Origin: an uncultured Flavobacterium sp. | GTDB taxonomy: Bacteria > Bacteroidota > Bacteroidia > Flavobacteriales > Flavobacteriaceae | Length of the DNA: 44,025 bases | Direction of reading: 5' to 3' | NCBI GenBank assembly: GCA_964579755.1 | Contig: CAZOHO010000001.1 | Span: 1-44,025, forward strand | In this document: in pieces, positions 36,309-44,025 of the stretch | Layout: the number at the start of each line of letters is the position of its first letter | Numbering within the stretch: the stretch's first letter is position 1 | Notes under the pieces: model-generated | Told to the model about the DNA's origin: nothing | The model's input: the letters and a program-made list of their open reading frames with translations, nothing else | Databases searched by the model: none | Translations under genes and position numbers: made by a program

Positions 36309-39300
36309 TTAATTTTTGTTTTTTGGAAGTTCATATACTTCCGCCTTTTTATTATTTACAGTTACCAAAAGATATTTTTTTCCATTAAATGGAATAATAT
36401 CTAGATGTCGGACTGCTTTTTGTGATAAATCTATTCCAATTTGGTTACCCAAATAGATCGTTTTTTGATTTTTGATTAAAGCTCCTGAAAAACCATCAAA
36501 TCTACTGTGATAAGGAGTGACTCCAAAATAATTTCCAGCTGCAAAAACTTCATCTTTCCCATCACCATCAAAATCTAATTTTACAAAACTTGTAATTGGT
36601 CCAACCTGCATTTTATTTGAAAAAGGAATAAAAGTAAATTTCCCATTATCGTTTCTCAAATAACCTGACTTTAAATCATGTACTTCGTACAAAGTTGCTT
36701 TTTCTAACATAGCAACATCGAAAATTTCATCCACTTTTTTCCCAGCAAAGGATTTGTAGTTATTGAATTTCTTTTTCAACATACCACTAAATTCTTCTAC
36801 TAATTCGTCTAATCCCATTGTGGTATAATAGTTCCCTTTCTTTTCTATTGCGACAATGGTTTCAAAAGTACCATTAGTATCAAAATCATCATAGTACATC
36901 TTCATAGGAAACTCTTTTGAAGATTTAAATTTTGAATTCATTCCCCAATTCCCCAACAAATAATCTTGATCGCCATCTTGATCAATATCAAACGAAGTTA
37001 TGGATTGCCATAATCCATTGTGATTCCCTGACAATAGACTGTCTGTAACCTCTTTAAAGTTACCCTTAGTATTAGCGAAAAATTTAGGCTTCATCCATTC
37101 TCCAACAACAATTAAATCTAAATTTCCGTCTTTATTAAAATCAGAAACTAGGGCATCTGTCACCATACCGATACCTGCAAAAGTAGCCGATTGTGTAATA
37201 GTAAAAACTCCTTTATTATTATTTAATAAATAACAATCAGGCATTCTTCCGAAACTGTTTGATTTTGAATTATTACCTATAAATATATCCAAATCACCAT
37301 CTTTGTCGTAATCGATTGTTCTAATAACCGAGGCATTCATTCCTTTGGTTTCTGGCAAATTAGATTTAATCAATGTACTTCCTTGGTACAATCTAGGAAT
37401 TAAATTGGCTGCATATTGTCCGCTTCCAGAAGCAACAAACAAATCGTTTTGGCGGTCTCCATTAAAATCAGCAATTACGGCTGATGCATCTTCATAAATC
37501 GAATCCGCTACAATAGAAGAAAAACTTTTTTTAGCAAATCCATTTCCATTTTGAAGATATATTGCGGCTTGTTTTCCTTGTGATCCACCAAAGAAAATAT
37601 CTTCCTTTCCGTCATTATTTAAATCCCCAATTACTGAAGCAGGTCCTCGATCAGAACGTTGGTACGGAATTAATTTTTGTGCCGTAAAATCAACAAAATC
37701 ATTTTCTTGATGAATAAAATCAATACCTAGATTGGTTGTTGATTTCTTGAAAATTGGCAAAATCCTTGGATGTAAAGTTGCGTAATTAAAAGGTTTTCTA
37801 TTCTTACTAGCTTGAACCGTTATCGTTTGATTGGTTTTTACCTTGTTTAATGTTTGTATTGTTTTATCAGGCCAAATGATTTGAATAGAATCTACCTGAG
37901 TGATTTTTCCGTAACCAAAATGTGCTATCGGTTCCGAACTTGATTGAAAACCACGCGTTGTCTGAATATCTTTAAACTGCTTTTGTCCTTTGGCATAAGA
38001 AATCACCTTGGCACCTACCCCAAAAGTATTTTTGCCTCCAAACTGTAATTTAATTTTTAGGAAATTTGCTTTTTCGTTGGTTTTATTAATATAAATAGAG
38101 GCAACACTATTCAAATTATTAGTTACAATATCTAAATCACCGTCATTGTCTAAATCGGCATAAGCACCACCGTTAGAAATAATAGAATCGTTTTCTATCC
38201 AATCGTTAGAACGGTTTTTAAATTGTAAGTCTTTAGATCCTTGAAAAACGTAATTCGAAACATTAGCAGAAGGCATTTTTTTCAAAGCTTGTTTATCCAA
38301 CAATTTGGTTGAATTTAACTTGGTTTTAATGCTTGAATTGGAATAGTATTTTATGTAATCCAAATCGTTTGGTCGTTTTGGAATTCCGTTACAAACAAAA
38401 ATATCTTGTTCCCCATCCTGATCATAATCTGCAAATAAAGTACTCCAACTCCAATCCGTTGCTGCGACACCACTCAACAAAGCAGTTTCAGTAAAATGCT
38501 TTCCTCCTTGATTGATTTGCAACATGTTTCGGGTATATTGAAAATGATATCCTAGTTTTTCTGTACGGTATTTTAACATTTGCGGATTATCATCTCCTGC
38601 AGAGGATTTTAAATCTGTTTCGTCTTCAGGAAGCATGTCCAAAGTCATCAAATCAGGAAAACCGTCGTGATTTATATCGGCAGCATCTACACCCATTGAA
38701 AACCGACTGGTATGACCAAAATAATTTTTCATGCTTTCGGTAAAAGTACCGTCGCCGTTATTCAGGTAATAATAATCATCTTCGTGAAAATCATTACATA
38801 CATAAATATCCGGATTGCCATCCAAATTAAAATCAGAAACGGCAACTCCTAAACCATATCCGTTTGCTCCACCAAAAATCCCAGCCTTTTCACTCACATC
38901 AACAAAATGACCATTATTGTTTTGAAATAATTTATCGCCTGTTTCGTAACTTCTTTTATTTCGAATTTCAGCTTTACCATAAGAGGCTTCAGAATGTACA
39001 GCATGATTTAATAAATACATATCTAAATCACCATCATTATCGTAATCTAAAAAGGCTGCCGAGGTACTAAAATTATCTAGATCCAAACCATATTCAGTCG
39101 CACTTTCTGTAAATGTATTGTCTTTGTTATTGATATATAATTCATTATGGCCTTCAAAACCATTTATTCCCACCACAGCACAAACGTAAATATCCAAGTA
39201 GCCATCACCATTAACATCTGCCATAATGGAACCTGTATTCCAATCACTTTCTCCTTCAACACCCGCTTTTGTAGATATATCTTCAAATTTATTCTCCCCT

Positions 39301-39566
39301 TTATTCAGGTACAATTTATTTTTCCCTTGGTTGGATGTGAAATAAATATCTACCAAACCATCATTATTAATATCCCCGAGCGCTACACCACCTCCATTAT
39401 AATAATAAAGATAATCTAAGATCGAAATGTTTTTAGATTCGTCCAATTGATTTACAAACGTTACCTTACTTTCGTCTGGAGACAATTTGTCAAACAATTG
39501 GTTTTCTGTTTTAGAACAGCTTGCTAAAACTAAAGAAGCTAGACCTATTTTAATGAAATTATTCAT
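36309..39566 (-). CDS. FG-GAP/VCBS repeat lipoprotein with ASPIC/UnbV domain (CRTAC1-like)
   Basis: Lipobox LASC, YNGGGVALGDINNDG, many DxxxDGxxD repeats, TDWSW, and RGFQSSSEPIAHFG...IIWP. Confidence 0.9.
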   Translation of the reverse strand: MNNFIKIGLASLVLASCSKTENQLFDKLSPDESKVTFVNQLDESKNISILDYLYYYNGGGVALGDINNDGLVDIYFTSNQGKNKLYLNKGENKFEDISTKAGVEGESDWNTGSIMADVNGDGYLDIYVCAVVGINGFEGHNELYINNKDNTFTESATEYGLDLDNFSTSAAFLDYDNDGDLDMYLLNHAVHSEASYGKAEIRNKRSYETGDKLFQNNNGHFVDVSEKAGIFGGANGYGLGVAVSDFNLDGNPDIYVCNDFHEDDYYYLNNGDGTFTESMKNYFGHTSRFSMGVDAADINHDGFPDLMTLDMLPEDETDLKSSAGDDNPQMLKYRTEKLGYHFQYTRNMLQINQGGKHFTETALLSGVAATDWSWSTLFADYDQDGEQDIFVCNGIPKRPNDLDYIKYYSNSSIKTKLNSTKLLDKQALKKMPSANVSNYVFQGSKDLQFKNRSNDWIENDSIISNGGAYADLDNDGDLDIVTNNLNSVASIYINKTNEKANFLKIKLQFGGKNTFGVGAKVISYAKGQKQFKDIQTTRGFQSSSEPIAHFGYGKITQVDSIQIIWPDKTIQTLNKVKTNQTITVQASKNRKPFNYATLHPRILPIFKKSTTNLGIDFIHQENDFVDFTAQKLIPYQRSDRGPASVIGDLNNDGKEDIFFGGSQGKQAAIYLQNGNGFAKKSFSSIVADSIYEDASAVIADFNGDRQNDLFVASGSGQYAANLIPRLYQGSTLIKSNLPETKGMNASVIRTIDYDKDGDLDIFIGNNSKSNSFGRMPDCYLLNNNKGVFTITQSATFAGIGMVTDALVSDFNKDGNLDLIVVGEWMKPKFFANTKGNFKEVTDSLLSGNHNGLWQSITSFDIDQDGDQDYLLGNWGMNSKFKSSKEFPMKMYYDDFDTNGTFETIVAIEKKGNYYTTMGLDELVEEFSGMLKKKFNNYKSFAGKKVDEIFDVAMLEKATLYEVHDLKSGYLRNDNGKFTFIPFSNKMQVGPITSFVKLDFDGDGKDEVFAAGNYFGVTPYHSRFDGFSGALIKNQKTIYLGNQIGIDLSQKAVRHLDIIPFNGKKYLLVTVNNKKAEVYELPKNKN

Positions 39567-42500
39567 TGATTGTAAACAGTTTAGGTGAAGCGTTATTTAA
39601 TACCGCAATAAACAAGGTTGCTTTGTTCTTAGTCTTAATTGGTTTCATTTTTTGTACTTCGCCAGTGATAAAAAGACCTGATTTTGGATAATTTAACAAA
39701 CTGAACTTTCCATTTTTAGCGCCTATCAAAACACTTCCATGACTAGCATCCAAACGCCCAAATTGAGGTTTAAATTCGTATTGATTTCCTCCAAGAATGA
39801 TATCTAAATATCCATCTTTGTTCACATCCAATACACAAGAAGTATTCACAGTTGACAATTGTACTTCCTGTGGCATTATTTGGATTTCAAATTTTCCATT
39901 CCCTTTGTTTATAGCAATGATACTCTCTTGTATAACTGCGTTTTTTTTCAAAGAATTAGTAATCACTTCTGGAGCAAAAATCTCCTGAATTGTTTTCTTA
40001 GCATAGTCACCATAGCTTAAATTCTTCTTTTTTATAGATGGAATTTGTTTCGCCAATTCTTGTTTTAAATTGATTGGAAAATCTTTCCCGTCAATCGTAC
40101 GTGTTGTAATTTGTTCAATCGTTCCGTTACTATCAAAATCGTTTGTAAATAATCGCATCGGATTATTGGTTGTTGCTTTATACGATGTGTTTGTTCCTTT
40201 ATTTCCAAGAATCAAGTCTTTTTTCCCATCCTTATTTAAATCAACACATTGAACGGAATTCCAAAAACCGCTATAGTCAGACAAATTCGATTTAAAATTA
40301 GCCAAACGTCTTCCCGTATTTTTGAATAACTGAGGCGCCATCCAGTCACCAACAATAATCAAATCTTTTTTTCCATCGTTATCTACATCTTCCCAAACGG
40401 CATCTGTAATCATTCCGGTTGCGTTGAGTTTAAATGCTTTCTTATCAATTACATTGGTAAAATTTCCTTTGCCATCATTCTCCAATAACAAATGTTTCGG
40501 ATCAATACCATATACTCCAGGAACACTTCTACTACCCACAAATATATCCTCATCACCATCTTGATCAAAGTCATATGCTGCAACTACTGAAACATTGGTA
40601 CTAGCTGATGGAATAGCTGTATTTGATTTTGTAAAGATTCCTTTTCCATTATTTAAGTACAGACGATTTTTAAAACTTTCAGGGCTAGTTCTTTCATTAC
40701 CCCCAGAGCCAACTACTAAATCCAAATCACCATCACCATCAATATCTACAAAACTAGCAGCTGTGTCTTCAAAATTAGCATCTGCATCCAAAGCAGCTTG
40801 TTTAGTAGCACTAAAATTAGTTCCTTTATTGCTATAGATTTTTCCAGATTGTCCTTTAGCTCCACCAACAAACACATCCTCATTACCATCTCCATTGATA
40901 TCTCCAACTGCTAGTGCAGGTCCTTCTTGAGATAGCATTTTTGAAATCAATCCTTCATAATCAAAATCAATAAAATCATTCTCTTTGTGGGCTATCCAAT
41001 TTGTATTAACTTCTTTTAGATGTGGTTTTGTAGCTGTCGATTTAAATACATAATCTGATGTAGCATTCGCAATCGACAAATTAATAGTTGTATTTAAAGC
41101 TACTTTCTTAAGAGTTTGTATTTTACCATTAGGCCAAATTACTCGTAAGGAATCAATTTTTTTGTTCCCAACACCAAAAGTCATTGCATAATCAATTGAC
41201 GATTGAAATCCTCTTGATGGAATTAACTCTTGACGAATAACCTCTTTTCGAGAAAATAATTCAACAACACTTCCAACAGCAAACTTATTTTTAAGATCTC
41301 CTTTGAGCTTCACTTTCACAAAATGATTCGTTTTATTTTTTTCGGAATTATTTCGAAATACAAACGATTCCATATTCACATTATTTACAACTAAATCCAA
41401 ATCGCCATCATTGTCCAAATCACCATAGGCGGCACCATTAGAGAAACTTGGAATATCTAAACCCCAATTTGTAGCTGAATTGGTAAAGGTTAAATTAGTA
41501 TTATTCTTAAAAGCATAATTAGGTATCGGAGTACTTGGCATCTTTGCTATAATTGTTTCAATATCCTCTTTTTGACCCGTAACCACCATTTTTTGCATTA
41601 ATTCATTCGCAAAAAAGTCCATAAAATCTTGGTTGGTCAAATCATGATAAATACCATTACACACATAAATATCTTTGTAACCATCATTGTCCATATCAAA
41701 AATTAATGCGCCCCAACTCCAATCGGTTTTAGAAACACCTGCAAAATTGGCAATCTCAGTAAAATGAGTTCCTTTATTAATATGCAATGCATTTGACATG
41801 TATTGATTGAAGAAATCCATGTTCAATTTACGGGTCAACAAATCGTAATTTTCAAAACTAGTAGTTGTTTTTAAACGTTCATCACCTTCAGGCAACATGT
41901 CTGTGGTAAAGATATCCGCACTACCATCATTGTTGATATCGGCAAGATCAGCCCCCATAGACGCTTGACTAATATGCGTTGTCCAAGTTTGAATTTGTTC
42001 TGAAAAAGTACCATTTTGATTGTTAATGTATAAATAATCTCTTTCGTAAAAATCATTAGATACATAAATATCCGGATACAAATCACCGTTAACATCTCCA
42101 ACAGTAACCCCAAGACCAAAACCAATTAAACTTCCATAAATTCCAGAAGCTTCACTTACATCAACGAATTTCCCATCGTCATTGCGCAATAATTTATCTC
42201 CGCCACCTTTTAGGATATCAGCTACTTTCCAATCTTTATCTCGTAGTTCTCTTTTATTGGAATAATTTAAAGAACTTACAGGAATAAAACTGTTATTCAA
42301 AATGTAACAATCCAAATCGCCATCTTTATCATAATCAAAGAAGGCAGCATGTGTAGTTATTCCGGTATCTGCCAAATTATATTCTGCCGCTTTTTCTGTA
42401 AAAGTGCTATCCCCGTTATTAATGTATAGTTGACTTTTTCTTATAGCATCAATATTATTTCCAGCATCTAGTACATAAATATCTAAAAAGCCGTCTCCAT

Positions 42501-42858
42501 TAATATCCACCATAACCACACCGGTAGACCATGCCTTCTTTCCTTGAATTCCTGATTTAACTGAAATATCCTCAAATTTAAAATCTCCCTTGTTCAAGTA
42601 CAATTTATTAGCACCCTGATTGGAAATTAAAAAAACATCGGCTAAACCATCATTATTGATATCCCCAATAGCAGCTCCACCACCATTATAAAAATTTCTA
42701 TACTTAAAAATGTTCATGTTCTCACCATTTTTGACTTCATTTTTGAAATCAATCCCAGTATGAGACGGTTCCAAAAGAGTAAAAAGTGTGTCTGAATTTT
42801 CTTTTGAACAACTCGTTAAAGCAGACAAAAGAACAATAAAAAGTAGGCGGTACAACAT
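39559..42858 (-). CDS. FG-GAP/VCBS repeat lipoprotein with ASPIC/UnbV domain (CRTAC1-like), paralog
   Basis: Lipobox LTSC, YNGGGAAIGDINNDG, DxxxDGxxD repeats, TDWSW, and RGFQSSIDYAMTFG...VIWP. Confidence 0.9.
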   Translation of the reverse strand: MLYRLLFIVLLSALTSCSKENSDTLFTLLEPSHTGIDFKNEVKNGENMNIFKYRNFYNGGGAAIGDINNDGLADVFLISNQGANKLYLNKGDFKFEDISVKSGIQGKKAWSTGVVMVDINGDGFLDIYVLDAGNNIDAIRKSQLYINNGDSTFTEKAAEYNLADTGITTHAAFFDYDKDGDLDCYILNNSFIPVSSLNYSNKRELRDKDWKVADILKGGGDKLLRNDDGKFVDVSEASGIYGSLIGFGLGVTVGDVNGDLYPDIYVSNDFYERDYLYINNQNGTFSEQIQTWTTHISQASMGADLADINNDGSADIFTTDMLPEGDERLKTTTSFENYDLLTRKLNMDFFNQYMSNALHINKGTHFTEIANFAGVSKTDWSWGALIFDMDNDGYKDIYVCNGIYHDLTNQDFMDFFANELMQKMVVTGQKEDIETIIAKMPSTPIPNYAFKNNTNLTFTNSATNWGLDIPSFSNGAAYGDLDNDGDLDLVVNNVNMESFVFRNNSEKNKTNHFVKVKLKGDLKNKFAVGSVVELFSRKEVIRQELIPSRGFQSSIDYAMTFGVGNKKIDSLRVIWPNGKIQTLKKVALNTTINLSIANATSDYVFKSTATKPHLKEVNTNWIAHKENDFIDFDYEGLISKMLSQEGPALAVGDINGDGNEDVFVGGAKGQSGKIYSNKGTNFSATKQAALDADANFEDTAASFVDIDGDGDLDLVVGSGGNERTSPESFKNRLYLNNGKGIFTKSNTAIPSASTNVSVVAAYDFDQDGDEDIFVGSRSVPGVYGIDPKHLLLENDGKGNFTNVIDKKAFKLNATGMITDAVWEDVDNDGKKDLIIVGDWMAPQLFKNTGRRLANFKSNLSDYSGFWNSVQCVDLNKDGKKDLILGNKGTNTSYKATTNNPMRLFTNDFDSNGTIEQITTRTIDGKDFPINLKQELAKQIPSIKKKNLSYGDYAKKTIQEIFAPEVITNSLKKNAVIQESIIAINKGNGKFEIQIMPQEVQLSTVNTSCVLDVNKDGYLDIILGGNQYEFKPQFGRLDASHGSVLIGAKNGKFSLLNYPKSGLFITGEVQKMKPIKTKNKATLFIAVLNNASPKLFTINE

Positions 42859-42970
42859 AGTAAAAAGCCGATTAAATTAAAAACAATATAAGCGAGCAAT
42901 TTATGGAAAAAGTTGAATATAAAAAAATTAAAAATGGCTAAATATTGTTGTGTTTACGGGAGATTGTAAA

Positions 42971-42996
42971 TAAAAAAAGAGCCTAAATAGGCTCTT
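42971..42996 (-). terminator. Second intrinsic terminator after susD
   Basis: Minus strand AAGAGCCTA-tt-TAGGCTCTTTTTTT. Confidence 0.75.
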
Positions 42997-43030
42997 AAAA
43001 AAATAAGGAGGACATTCCTGCCCTCCTTAT
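42997..43030 (-). terminator. First intrinsic terminator after susD
   Basis: Minus strand ATAAGGAGG-gcaggaatgt-CCTCCTTAT followed by TTTTTT. Confidence 0.75.
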
Positions 43031-43055
43031 CTATTGTATTCAAAATCAGGAAATA

Positions 43056-44024
43056 TTAATATCCAGGATTTTGAGATAAATTAGAGTTGAATAATGCATC
43101 CGCAGGAATTGGATACAATAAATATTTAGCATCTGAAGCGTATGGTTTTAAAGCTCTAGCAGCTAAGAATTTTCCAAAACGAATTTGATCGTTTCTTCTC
43201 CATCCTTCCCACCATAACTCTCTACCTCTTTCTGCATAAATACCATCTAAAGTAGCAGCAGCAGCAGTAACACCTGCTCTTGTAGCTAAATTAGATAAAA
43301 TAGTAGCTGAACCTGAACCTGAACCTCCTCTAGCAATAGCTTCTGCTTTCATTAATAAAGCATCAGATAAACGCATTAAGATCAAGTCATTATCAGGAGA
43401 ACCTAAGTTAGCACCATCTGGCACATATTTCATACCACGTACCCCAGCAGTCTCAAGAGTAGCGCCTGAAGTAATTAAAGTTACGTTTCTAGTAAAAACT
43501 AATGCATTATTGTTTCTATCTTTCAATGCATTTGCTGAACTTACAGTTCCGTTTTTATAAACTTGGCCTTCTAAATAACCTGCTCCATTACCGTTTCCAT
43601 CAACAGTATAAGTGTATCCTGGAACTGCATAATGTGCACGTTTATCAGCGGCGTTGAATGTACTATAGTAATCCGCTACAGTAGCAAATCCATTCCATCC
43701 GTCTGGAGTTTGGTTGTAATGATTACACATTCTCCATTTAGACTGCATATTTCCACCTGATCCACCTTGAATATTCTTAGAAGAGAAGATGATTTCATTA
43801 GAAGTATTGTTGTTAGGCATGAAGTTATTCCAGTATCCAGCACCAACAGTAGTATCTAAAGTATTTGTTAAAGCGTCAACATGTTGTACCACTTTAGTCA
43901 TATCTGCAGCATCAAATGTATAAGGACCTGCAGGACTTGTAGCTTTAAATACTCCTTTATTTAAGTATACTTTAGCTAACAAAAAGTGAGCAGCATCTTT
44001 ATTAGCAATACTTGCATCGTTAGC
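43056..44024 (-). CDS. RagB/SusD family nutrient-binding protein, C-terminal part (5' end beyond window)
   Basis: Frame stays open to the window edge (ANDASIANKDAAHFLLAKVYLN). LMRLSDALLMKAEA, ERGRELWWEGWRRNDQIRFG, YPIP and QNPGY*. Confidence 0.95.
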   Translation of the reverse strand, partial: ANDASIANKDAAHFLLAKVYLNKGVFKATSPAGPYTFDAADMTKVVQHVDALTNTLDTTVGAGYWNNFMPNNNTSNEIIFSSKNIQGGSGGNMQSKWRMCNHYNQTPDGWNGFATVADYYSTFNAADKRAHYAVPGYTYTVDGNGNGAGYLEGQVYKNGTVSSANALKDRNNNALVFTRNVTLITSGATLETAGVRGMKYVPDGANLGSPDNDLILMRLSDALLMKAEAIARGGSGSGSATILSNLATRAGVTAAAATLDGIYAERGRELWWEGWRRNDQIRFGKFLAARALKPYASDAKYLLYPIPADALFNSNLSQNPGY

Positions 44025-44025
44025 A

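Noticed and set aside
34013-42858. Enediyne-like or halogenated natural-product cluster, suggested by UnbV, haloperoxidase and GyrI-like domains
   Set aside because: No PKS, NRPS or tailoring genes are present, the proteins are exported or anchored, and the context is SusD and sugar catabolism.
36309-42858. Repeated GATGGTGAT-type DNA motifs as a possible array or recent duplication
   Set aside because: Explained by DxDxDG coding repeats, with no constant repeat-spacer structure.
43254-43330. Short tandem repeats (GCA)n and (GAACCT)3
   Set aside because: They encode AAAA and GSGSGS within SusD, not a phase-variation tract or array.
43980-43982. ORF-track start of SusD
   Set aside because: The frame is open to the window end and there is no signal peptide here, so the true start is outside the window.
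1-44025. CRISPR arrays, tRNA/rRNA, IS elements, prophage or defence genes
   Set aside because: Coding density is very high, intergenic gaps are under about 200 nt, and no such repeats, transposase, integrase or nuclease motifs were seen.

Overview
AT-rich bacterial DNA, very probably Flavobacterium or a close Flavobacteriaceae relative. This is supported by sprA and porP/sprF type IX secretion genes, a SusD, and TAnnTTTG -7 promoter boxes. About 1-28.5 kb is mostly core genome: ompH (partial), murI, gamma-carbonic anhydrase, PorP/SprF, Nfu, YyaL, tolC-adaptor-tsaB, DUF4403, a cytochrome c oxidase subunit III/IV and assembly cluster (cyoE, two cox3, cox4, Sco-like, Sco, DUF420, small CxxC protein), an MFS, maeB-ruvA-sprA-gcvH-vanZ and a CBS protein. 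About 28.5-44 kb is a co-oriented minus-strand PUL-like locus: susD (partial), two ~1090-aa FG-GAP/ASPIC-UnbV lipoproteins, a vanadium-haloperoxidase/PAP2-fold lipoprotein, a membrane-anchored GyrI-like protein, a tandem LacI-type operator, MFS, PfkB kinase, MFS and a cytoplasmic GH37 trehalase. The trehalase resembles fungal neutral trehalases, including the Ca-binding loop. This locus is the best candidate for an uncharacterised system. No rRNA, tRNA, CRISPR or mobile element was seen. All family calls come from motif recognition by eye, not database searches.
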